From Azolla caroliniana (lineage: Eukaryota > Plantae > Polypodiophyta), in contig JBHGNT010000010.1 of NCBI GenBank assembly GCA_043228905.1, positions 5,208,001 through 5,272,000 on the forward strand: a stretch of 64,000 nucleotides of DNA, in the 5' to 3' direction. Below are positions 27,249 through 37,700 of this stretch, one piece after another. The stretch's first letter is position 1. Each line of letters starts with the position of its first letter. Made by a program: the position numbers and the translations under genes. Below the pieces are notes generated by a model. It was not told the DNA's origin and searched no databases. It was given only the letters and a program-made list of their open reading frames with translations.

Positions 27249-27372
27249 GTGTTGTCCGCCGGAATAGTAATCAACGGCCAAAAGCGTAGGAATAAGAAAC
27301 TATATAAAGCGTAACGTATGTAACGGTATTCCTACGCTTTTGGCCGTCGGTTACTATTCCGGCGGACAACAC
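27249..27372. repeat. 46-bp inverted repeat (2 mismatches) with a 32-nt loop
   Basis: GTGTTGTCCGCCGGAATAGTAATCAACGGCCAAAAGCGTAGGAATA (27249-27294) pairs with 27327-27372. Confidence 0.95.
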
Positions 27373-27418
27373 CTAGCACGCCTGTGGGACAGTGCCTTTG
27401 CACGTCGGACCCATCCCG

Positions 27419-30231
27419 TTAATCTTCTTCCAAAATGCCCCGGATGTTCGACTCTGTTGTGGTGTCCTCGGCCGGAGTTGATGTAGGGCCCGTAGGTGCA
27501 TCGTGGTGCGGCTCCTCTGCTTGGTCGGCCTGGTTTCTCCCGGAGTCGCCTTCGCCGTGTGCGGGTGGTCCGGGTACGGTGGGTTCTTCTTGAGTTAGTG
27601 GGCTGGGCTCCGTTGGTAGCGTGCTTGTAGTCGGCTGCTGCTCCGCCTCTATTGTTACGTCCTCCGCGGTGTTGGCCGTTTTTGTGTGTCCTTGGGCGTG
27701 GGGCGGGGATTCCGCCTGGTCCGCACTATTTTCCGCGTTTTCTGAAGATGGTGTGGGCTGGACCTTTTGTTGGTTAATGGTTTCGTTGTCTGGTCTTGTG
27801 GGGAACTCCGCTCGTTTGTCCCTGCTATTCTCCCCCGTTGTCCTCGCTAGTGATCGGGCCTGAGGTTCCTCTTCTTCGGCTGTGACCGGAATTGGTGTCC
27901 CGTTGGGTTCCTCGTTTGTGTGCATGTTGTCGGTTTGTGTGATTTGGTGAAATAGCTCCTCCTGACTTTCACCAAAATCATCTAGGAGTTGTGCAAGTTC
28001 TTCGGAGTGTTGGCCTGCTAACGCGCGATAGTCTTGCGCTAGGTCCTCCTGTACGGTCACAATGCTCTCCTCGTTTAGCTTATAAAACCCTCGACCGTCT
28101 TTCCGCCGGTTCTCCCAGTTCGCACGATACGCGTGCAATTTCGCTGCTTGGGTTGCCCACGCCATCCATCCTTTGTCCAACGCCGTTTTCAATTGTGCTG
28201 TGAACCTTTCCCGGTTGGTTTGGAGAAGGATGTGCACGTTATCCGTGATGGCTTGGCAGCGGTTGCGTGCGTCTTCCATCGACTTCTAGAGATTCGCGAT
28301 TTCCTGCTGTTTAACGGCTGCCGCTTCCTCCTACATGGCCTTCAGGCCCGCCCACAGCTGGGATTCCTTTTCATGCTGTTTTTCTAATTTCCCCATTTCA
28401 TTGTTTAGGCGGATTTCAAGTTGATGCCTTCTGTCTTGTTCGACTACCAACTGTTCATCGAACCATACCTTCTTTTTTTCTAATAAGGCCCGAAGTCCCG
28501 CTATTGCCGCCTCTAATTTCTTCGTGTCCTCTCGTAATTGGGCATTGTTGTCTTTTGTCCGGATGTGCTGGGCCACCTCCGTAGCTAGTTTCTCTTCAAG
28601 CGTTTTTACGGCCTTTCGTCCGTTAGCCCGTATCTCCTTTTCTCTGTCGGAGGATTGACGTAGTTCTGCTCGAAGATGGTGTCGTGAAGATTTCCAGCTA
28701 TAGTGTGAAACCAGGGTGGAATGGGCAAATCGGTGGTGTGCGACATGTGCATGTGTATACTAGGAAATGGTGTGTAGAAAGAAGAGGGGAATTTTATCCC
28801 ACATTGTAAGGTCCCTCCCTCCTTGGGCTATAAAAGGAAGGGAGGGGTCACTTATGAAGGGGTTGCCTATTTTGAGGGAGAGAGGCATACCACTTAGTAT
28901 AGAGTTCTTACCATTTAGGGTTAGGGTTTCATTTAGGGTCTCCTTGTTCATCCCCGGTTAGGGTTTTCTTCTAGGGTTTTTTTTTCATAGTCATTTGGTG
29001 CGGCCATGGCGACCACCATTGTTGTAATCATTCGCTTGTTTTTAATATATTGGGTTGAGTATCTTACCTCCGCCGGTCTCTCCTCCTATGTCATGATCTT
29101 ATTCTTTCTTCTTCTCCTCTTGAGCTAAGCTTCCAAACATATCTTCTTCTTTCTCCTTTACTCCCTAGTCTGAGGCCCTCGTGGTCCCGCCCCTTCTACA
29201 CGCACGCGCGTAACTTCGCGACAACGTTCAATTTCGGATTCCGCTAGCTGCACGACCCTTTTTGCTTTTGAGGCGATGGCGGTTTGAGCCTCGATTTCTT
29301 CTTTGAGAGCGTTGATAACGTGGTTCGGTGGCGGGGTTTCTTGTTGCGCTGTAGTCGTGTGAGCTTCCAACTCCACGACGCGTGCGTTGGCCTTTTGTAG
29401 TTCGGTTTCGGTCAGTTTAACCTTCTTCCAGACATTCTTATTTTTTATGGCCATCTCGTTGGCGCCCGTGCTGACCATTGCCAGTTCCCGATGGACTTCG
29501 ACTAGGGCCGTGTTTAAGGGTGGTATCTCCATCCCTACTCGTCGTACCCCGACGTTCCTCTGTCTACCGACCCTGGCTAGCCGGTCCTCATCGTCGCTCT
29601 CCGTTGTTTGTGTTAGGGCGCACTCTATCATCTGACGTTCCGCATGCTGCTCGGCCATTCGTTGGGCGACTTTGACCTGTTGTGTTGCCAGGAACTCCAT
29701 GAGCTCGAAAGAGGTACCGAACTGCAAGAGGGCGCTGAATTCGTGGGCCGTATCCGGAATATCCGGATATGCCAAAACCTCGCTTTCCGCCGTCAATACG
29801 GCTTTCCCTCGCTGGGATTGAGTCGTAATAATCGTCCGCGGCTCTCGGATGATATCGAAGGTGGTATTCGGCTATGCTGTTGGGGGGCCTTCGCCTGCGG
29901 TTGGTGCCTCCGGATCCGTTGGGGCGTTTTTTACCAACCCCCGCCCATCTTTTCTGTGCAATCTACGCCGTTTTGGTCTAGGGCTTTCCCACCGTGCTTC
30001 GGTGTCTGGTTCTGGAGCTGCCTCCATGGGGTGTCTCGGCTGTTCCTCCTGCGTCACCCGTGTATCCGGTTGGTCGGTAGGAGGTGTTGTCCTTGGGCCT
30101 GGTTGGGCCGGTTGGGGTTCCTCCTCCCACTCTGGGCCGCTAACTCCGCTAACCTGCGTTTCGCGGAGCGGGGCGGGGCCGTGGGTTGGCTGGGCTGTGG
30201 TGCTGGTAGGCCTTGGGGTGGAAACAGTACC
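27419..30231 (-). pseudogene. Long Pro/Thr/Glu-rich plus coiled-coil ORF of probable TE origin (extra-ORF type), split by a solo LTR
   Basis: The ORF pieces 29872-30057, 29158-29796, 28331-28576 and 27419-28279 join in one frame once the LTR at 28680-29223 and 4 duplicated bases are removed. Three internal TAG codons remain. Confidence 0.7.
28680..29223 (+). mobile_element. Solo LTR (TGTCGTGAA family)
   Basis: TGTCGTGAAG...CGCGCGTAACTTCGCGACA, TATAAAAGG at ~28830, flanks ATGG/ACGT. Related to 32105-32879 and 30234-30965. Confidence 0.85.
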
Positions 30232-30233
30232 GT

Positions 30234-30302
30234 TGTCGCGTTGTTACGCGCGTGCGTGGAGAATAAGGTGGGACCACTGGGGTCTTGAACCGAGGAATAG
30301 GT

Positions 30303-30373
<71 letters not shown>

Positions 30374-31495
30374 CTCACTCACGTATAGACAAAGAAGCGT
30401 ACGGAGACGCGGCACAACAACACGGGAGACACGAGTTGAGAACACTAGAGTATGTATGTAAATATAGGCATGTATTTGTAAGTATGCAGACGAATCGAAC
30501 GGTTACAGCCAACCAAGCCGGCAAGGTGGATGTCGACGCCTGATCACCCACGCACACAGGAGAGCAAGATGGAGATTCTGCCGGAAGCACACGGGCGTTC
30601 CACGGAGCAGAATCAACCTCCTGAGAGCCTGCGCAAAAGAGAGCTATGGAGAATGACAGAGAAGAAGAGCTCGGTCCCAGTCCGACAACACTTCGTTCCC
30701 TCTAGCGCGCGATCCCCCCTTCTCCCCCTCGTCTCCCTCTCTTTTATATCTCAAGTAGGGAGACCGTTTCACCCGTTTACATCACATTAATTCTCTGTCC
30801 TTTCGAACAGAGATACTCCTTGATTTCCCCTATAGAATATTGCTACCTAGGATTTAACCCTTGCGCCTACCTATCTACTTTGCGACAAGGGACGTGCCCA
30901 CGTGTAAGGGCCGGTTCACACACATTATACACGGTTTGCGCCTAGGGACGGTTTTCTTCACGACATCCGCCCCCACCTAACCGCGCATCCACCGGTATGC
31001 GCCAAAATCGGGTTCCTACGGGAGAAAACCGATCCTTGCTTTTATTCCTCGTTTACCGGTTCATCCTCCGCCTCGGCCTGCTCGTCGTCGCTGTCCATGC
31101 CCCCTTGCTTCGGCTCCCCGTCATGCCGTTTCTTGAACGCTTTGATCCTCTTCCCCGCTACCGGTATCGCCATTCTCGTACCGTCGAGCTCCGCGAGATG
31201 GTACGTCCCATTGCCGTTGGCGCCTGTTACCACGTAAGGCCCGAACCACCTCCTCGCAAACTTCCGCGTGGCCCTGTGCTGATTGTCGAGGCTGCTGTCG
31301 TATACTAGCACCCAGTCGCCTTCCTCGATCTTCCTTGGCTTGGACCGGTGTGTTCGGTCGAACCGGGCTTTGTTCCTTATCCTCGCTACTCGAAGTTTCT
31401 CCACGGCTCGCTCTACGTCCTCTGGCCTCCGCTCGAGCTGTCGAATCCGCGCCGCCAACAGTTCCTCCCCGCTCATCTCATCCCTCCAGTCCATA
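30234..31495 (-). mobile_element. 3' end of a non-chromovirus Gypsy element: integrase C-terminus, PPT and 3' LTR (TGTCGTGAA family)
   Basis: GPY/F-type tail RRWFGPYVVTGANGNGTYHLAELDGT (31042-31495), PPT GGTGGGGGCGGA at ~30966-30977, LTR 30965-30234 containing a (CT)n microsatellite. Confidence 0.88.
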
Positions 31496-31633
31496 TTTAG
31501 TGTGGAAGTTGAAGATGAGGAATATGTTGGTGTGTAGAGGCATCTGGCTACCAATGTAGTTCAGAGAGGGAAAGTTAGCTAAGATCGATGCATCAACCTA
31601 GGAGGTTATCCATAGAAAGAAAACAACTTATAT

Positions 31634-31702
31634 GGATGTAGCTCAATTGGTAAGGTTGCCCAATAAGACCAGGAGGTCATGGGTTCATCCCCTTACATTC
31701 CA
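31634..31702 (+). ncRNA. tRNA-derived Pol III-type module (A and B boxes) embedded antisense in a chromovirus LTR
   Basis: GGATGTAGCTCAATTGGTAAGG...GAGGTCATGGGTTCATCCCCTTACATTCCA: A box 31639-31650, B-box-like 31682-31692, acceptor-stem-like end pairing, no proper anticodon arm. Confidence 0.65.
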
Positions 31703-32104
31703 TCATGGCATCTTGTTTATGACATCATCCTCCCTCTAAGGCCGCCTCCCCTAGGACCCATGACCGGCTTATGTGGGTATCGTTGATCAAACTATTGAAT
31801 GACCTCTTTATTTACATTTGTAAGTGTCTAACCAGTTCCCATGTGGGCATCTGAAATGGGGTATCCTTTCCATAAGCCCAAATATTGGAGTTGTTGTCGA
31901 CGATAGTGGGAATCAAGGATCTGGTCAACCTTGTATTCCTCCCATGTCGACAATTCCACAGGTGACGATGGAGGAGGTTGTCGTCCCCGAATTCGAGAAG
32001 GATGGTAGAGTTCGAGGAGGGAAACGTGAAAAACATTGTGAATCCTAAATGTTTGGGGAAGTGCTAGCCGGAAGGTGACTTAGTTGATTCGCTCGATGAT
32101 ACAG

Positions 32105-32717
32105 TGTCGTGAAAATTTTGGGCCATAGTGAGAAACCGAGGAATATCAGAAGAATCGACGGAGTGCACCATGTGCACTTACCCTTGTAAAAACGTGTGAA
32201 TAATAGGAGTTAAGTCGGGACAGAGGATCCCATGTAATAAGGGATTTATCCCACATTGTTATGCATCCCTCTCCTTGTTCTATAAAGGGAAGGGCGTGCC
32301 CTTTGTAAAAGGGTTGCCCATTTTGTGTTAGAGGGTATACCGTTAGGTTTAGGGTTAGGTAGTTTCTCTTGTTCTTACTTTGTTCTAGGGTTTCGTCTTG
32401 GTAGTTTCTTCTTCTTCTTCTTCTTCATCGTGAAGGTTCAGAGTTCGTGTCTGTTTAGGGTTTGTTTCTACTTGGTCTCCTGTGCAAGACCCCGCTCGGC
32501 GCGACGAGCCCGAGAGCTCCCCCTATCTACGGCTTGGCAACAGGCTGTTGTTGTAACCTAACCTACCTTGGTCCGGCTCGAAGCCGGGGATGTATTCTTT
32601 CCCTTGTAATATACATACTTGTATCTGTTTGTGCATATTGGTGTATTTGGTGGTGTCGGAAGCACAACCCCTTACTTCTTGTGCATATGAGTCGGTGTCA
32701 CGCGCATGCTCTCCCTC

Positions 32718-32765
<48 letters not shown>

Positions 32766-32879
32766 TTCGGTTGCATCCGGGTTGTGTCCGGTGTCGGTTT
32801 TCTTTGCATCCCTCTTCTCCCTCGTCCGAGACGCCCGTGGTCCTGCCCCTTCTACACGCATGCGCGTAATAACGTGACA
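32105..32879 (+). mobile_element. Solo LTR (TGTCGTGAA family) inserted in the chromovirus integrase
   Basis: TGTCGTGAAA...GCGCGTAATAACGTGACA, flanks ACAG/ACGA. Removing it plus 4 bp restores KKLGPFR-IIERIN. Confidence 0.88.
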
Positions 32880-34590
32880 ACGAAAGGGGCCTAGCTTTTT
32901 GTAGTCCAATCTCTCGCAGGGACATGGTAGCGATGTGGCGACGTAACAACCAAACCATGTCCCTATCTGCAAACGTCAGCACGACGAAGAGATGTCGGTT
33001 AGCCCGATCTTTATATTGGTCCAGAGTGATACGAAGTTCTAGGGAGAGGTCATGATGGACATCATGTAAAGTGTGGGCACGTGTCTTTGCCGAAGGATTA
33101 AACGAACTTGAAGGAATGGAAATGTTGAAACGAGGATGAAATCCATAGTTTGCAAAGAATGGGGAAACCTTAGTTCAAGCATGGATACTATTATTGCACA
33201 CAAATTCCACCATTGTAAGGAAGTCCACCCAATCCTCTTTTTGGTAGCTCATGATACACCAGAGGTATTGTTCGAGGATTTGGTTGACTCGTTCGGTTTG
33301 TCCATCAATTTGAGGATGGTATGTTGATGACAAGTTTAAGGAAATCTCGAATATTTGTAGAAGTCGTCGCCATAAGTGGGAGATGAATTGAGAACCTCGG
33401 GTAAGTTGTGTAATTGGACGACATTTTTAATAAAAATGTCAGTTGTCTCCTCCCCCGAAATTGTTTTGGAACATGGGACAAAGGGAGCCATCTTTGAAAA
33501 CGGATTGACAATCACTAGCACCGTGGCATGGCCACCGACCAAAGGGAGGTCGGTTATAAAGTCCATGGATATGGAGGCCCATGGTCGACTTAGAATTGGG
33601 AGCGGGTGGAGAAGGTTGTATGATCGATGGTGAGCCACTTTGGAGTGAACACATACATCACATGTCTTGATAAATTCCTTGACAACTTTCCAAGGTTGCA
33701 GCCACCAAAACCCCCGAGATAGCAACTCCATTGTTTTCATGACCCCAAAGTGGCCAGCAAGAGGATCATCACGACAGTTTTGTAGTACCCTTGTGTGACA
33801 TGATCCTTCTGGAATGTACAGGAGGTGATTACGATAGAGAAACCCATCCCAGGTTGTAAATTGGTTGAGATATCAGTTTTACATGTTTGGGGATGAGGCT
33901 TTGATGAGGGCCATGATTTCCTTGGCGAATGGGTCTGATATGGTTGCCTTGGTGATCTCGTTGAGAAAAGAATCCTCACGCAACATGCAGGTTCTGAATG
34001 TCATCTGAAGTTGATCAGGCCTCAACAAACAATGGGGTTTCTGCAAATATGCATCATCCCTTGGGCACAATGTGAAATTAGGTCGCCGAGAGAGAGCATC
34101 ATCTTTCCCATGTTGAACGTTGGGTCGAAACAAGATCTCGAAGTCGTAGTCGGCGAGAAAAGACGACCATCGGGCCTACCTCCAATTCAATGTATGATTG
34201 GTGGTGAAGTAAATTAGATTCTTGTGGCTAGTCAACATTTGGATACGATGTTGGGCCCTAGCCAAATAGAGCCGCTATTCGGCGAAGGCATAGATGATAG
34301 ATGCAAGATCCTTGCCATAGACTGGATAATTGATTTCTGGGGCTCTAAACTTTTGGGAGTAAAAGGGAACAAGATGTAGGGTGGCATCGTCATCTAGTTG
34401 GGATAGGACAACTCCCATGGAAAAGTCAGAGGTGTCAGTTTCAATGTGGTGTCACAAACGTAGACGAGGGCAAGGACAAGTAGGCGAGCTCAATATTAAC
34501 AAAGAGAGAAAGATAGATATATAGATAGAGAGGAGCATAGACAAGAGAACAAGAGAGAGAGAGAGGGTAGACAAAAGAGCGAGAACTAAA

Positions 34591-34675
34591 TGTTGGAAGC
34601 AAAGTCGTTAGTGCGGAAGATCAAGAAGCATTCGATCCCTGTTTATTCCCTGTGTATGACAGAATGTAGTTCGTT

Positions 34676-34706
<31 letters not shown>

Positions 34707-37700
34707 AAACACAAAAGACTCTTTATTTCTCAAGCAATAATACAACAGCCCAACCTCACAAAGAGGTTACAAGGTCACTATATATAGTGACCGACTTAGG
34801 GCAACTACCCTTTATGCTAATTACATAAATGGCCAAAACGGGATAGTTTGAATACGTCCATTATACACATGTATTCGACACTCCCCCGTAATGGGCGTAT
34901 ACATGGGTTATCTAAGATTACAGGTATATACTTAGGTTCTCGGACATATCAGCTTCGTTCGAGTCGGCAGGATCCGAAGACAGAAGACCGAACTGGTCGG
35001 GTCGGAACAGTTGAAGCCGATCATTAAGGAACTGATGTCGGTTGTCGGGAACCATCCTGCTCTGTGTCCGGCTCTAACCGGACTGGTTTGTCGTTACGCC
35101 CATCTGATGCCGAAGAGACCGAAAACGGTCTGCCGAGAGACATTTGGTCATTCCATCTGCGACATTGTCGGTTGTGGATATTTTCTCTAGACCAATTTTC
35201 CCTGAAATGACGCAGTCCCGAACGAAGTGATATCGAACGTCGATATGTTTGGAGGCGTTGTGGTGAACCGGATTTTTCGACAAGGCAACAGCACCTTGAC
35301 TGTCGCTGTAGACAACTGGAGCCGAGTCATGGTCGACTTGTTGAAATGTGTGCGCCAGCCGACCGAGCCACAAAGCTTCTTTTGCTGCGTCGGACGCAGC
35401 TACATATTCTGCTTCGGTCGTTGAGGTCGCTGTGCACTCCTGAAGTTTCGACTTCCACGAGATTGCTCCATTGCCGAATTTGAAGCAGTATCCGGTTGTT
35501 GATTTCCGACTGTCTATACAGCCGGCGAAATCCGAGTCGGTGTAACCGACTACGCCTGAGGTTCGGTTCGGACCGAAAAGGATGCCATGGTCTTTTGTGC
35601 CAGCCAGATATCTGAACACATGCTTGACTGCGTTCCAATGCGATCGGCCAGGATTGTGCATAAATCTGCTAACGACTCCTACGGCATGAGAAATATCAGG
35701 CCGTGTCGCGACCATCAGGTACATAAGGGAGCCGACTGCCGGTGCATACGGTACCGACTTCATTTCTTCCCCCTCCGGGCCGGATGTCGGGCAGTCTCGC
35801 TGAGAGAGCCGAAGATTCATTGGGAGCGGGGTTGAAGCAGATTTGGCTGATTGCATGTTGAAGCGTTCCAAGACACGTCCGATATAGTCGGTCTGAGACA
35901 AAAAAAGATGTCGTTTATCGCGATGCCGACTAATCTTCATGCCGAGTATGTGTCGTGCCGGACCGAGGTCCTTCATGGCAAACTTCAACCGCAGTTGCCG
36001 AACGAGATCGGCAAGTTCGCCCGCGTGGCGTCCAGAAATTAGCATGTCGTCCACGTAAATGATGAGGAAGATGGGTGATCCATCTTGAGCTGTGTTGGTG
36101 AAGAGACAATGGTCCTCATCGCTTTTGGAGAAGCCGATCGATTGGATGAAGTCGTCGAACTTCTTGTACCATTGTCGCGGTGCCTGTTTGAGGCCGTATA
36201 GACTCTTCCTGAGTCGGCAGACTAGATGTTCTTGGCCAGGTGCCACGAAGCCTTTTGGCTGCTCCATATAAATTTCCTCCTCGAGATCACCATGGAGGAA
36301 GGCTGTTTTGACATCTAGCTGAATCAGCTCCAAGTTGTCGGCTGCCACTACGCCGAGTAGAAAACGAAGGGTTGTCATTTTCACCACTGGTGAAAAAATC
36401 TCGTCGAAGTCGACGCCGTATTCTTGTCGGAAGCCCTTCGCAACTAATCTGGCCTTGTACTTTGGGGTGGTCGAATCAGACGTCTCTTTTAGTCGATAAA
36501 CCCACTTGCAAGGAAGAGCACGTCGGTTCCTAGGTAATTCGACCAGATCCCAAGTCTTGTTTGCCCGAATGGAGTGCATTTCCGACTCCATCGCCAGATG
36601 CCAGGTGGCGGAATCGACAGATGTCGATGCTTCTTCGTAAGACGTCGGTTCGCCGGCGTCGGTGAAGAAAATTCCAGGAGAATACCTCTCCGGAGGTTGC
36701 GACAGTCTCTCGGATCGTCGAGGTATGATTGGACTGATCGCATCGGGTATCAAGGTCGGATGGTCCGAAAGAGGATTGTTCTGCTGTGCCGAGTCGGAGT
36801 TGTCCGAGTCGGTAGTGTAAGGTTCAGCTACCCGTGAAGCTGACCGTGTGTTGAGAGCGGGGCCTTCTTGAAGGGTCGGCACATCGGAAAATGTTACCCT
36901 TCGGACTTCGATCGGTTTTTCGACTGATGGATTCATAGCCGACTCGTTGAACACAACGTCCGAACTTCGAACGATTTGCCTGCGTTCGGGGTCCCAGAGT
37001 CGGTATCCCATTTCGCCGTCGGATCCATATCCAAGGAAAATGCATTTCCTGGACCGAGGTGCAAGTTTTCGGCGATCATCTTTCGGAATAAGGGCGTACG
37101 CCTCGCATCCGAAGATCCTCAGCTTGTCGTAATTCGGCTTACTGCCGACCCATAGTTCCTGAGGAATTTGAAGTCCTAGAGGTCTACTTGGCGACATATT
37201 GATTATGTGTACTGCCGTGAGTAGAGCCTCTGCCCAGAAGCCATCCGACAGTCCGGAGTGTTGGAGCATGGAAACTATCCTTTCTTGGATTGTCCGATTC
37301 ATTCGTTCTGCAATCCCGTTTTGCTCCGGACTGTGTGGTGCCGTAAATTCACGTCGGATGCCGCGTTGTCGGCAGAATTTGACGAATTCTTCGGATTTGA
37401 ACTCTCCCCCATTGTCTGTCCGAAGGCATTTCAGCTTTCGGTTGGTTTGATTTTCTACCATAGCGAGCCAATCGGTGAAGATCGAGAAGACCCGATCTTT
37501 GGTGCGAATTGGATAAGCCCACACCTTTCGGGTCAAATCGTCAATAAAAGTGACGAAGTAAGAGGCACCGCCGAGAGACTGATGCGGCATTGGGCCACAG
37601 ACGTCCGAATGGACCAAATCAAGAGGTCTCGTTTCTCTTGGTGCTGTTGTCGGGTGTGATGCGGCTACTTGTTTGCCATACTGGCAATGCTCGCAGAATT

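Larger units (their letters stand above)
31560..34449 (-). mobile_element. Degenerate chromovirus (Tcn1/Tf1-like Gypsy) fragment: RNase H, integrase, chromodomain, PPT, partial 3' LTR
   Basis: RH region 34449-34080, PWASISMDFITDLP integrase, chromodomain ILDSH..QYLGLWKGYPISD, PPT AGAGGGAGGATGA at 31725-31737, LTR starting TGTCAT at 31724. The left boundary is approximate. Confidence 0.85.

Noticed and set aside
27249-27372. MITE
   Set aside because: No TSD in any register, and the left and right flanks belong to different elements.
30149-30543. ORFs with poly-(RE) or poly-(SL)
   Set aside because: These are translations of the (AG)n microsatellite within an LTR. The same applies at 32462-32982.
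31634-31702. Functional tRNA gene
   Set aside because: It has no convincing anticodon stem-loop, an imperfect T-loop and lies inside an LTR. It is kept only as a tRNA-derived module.
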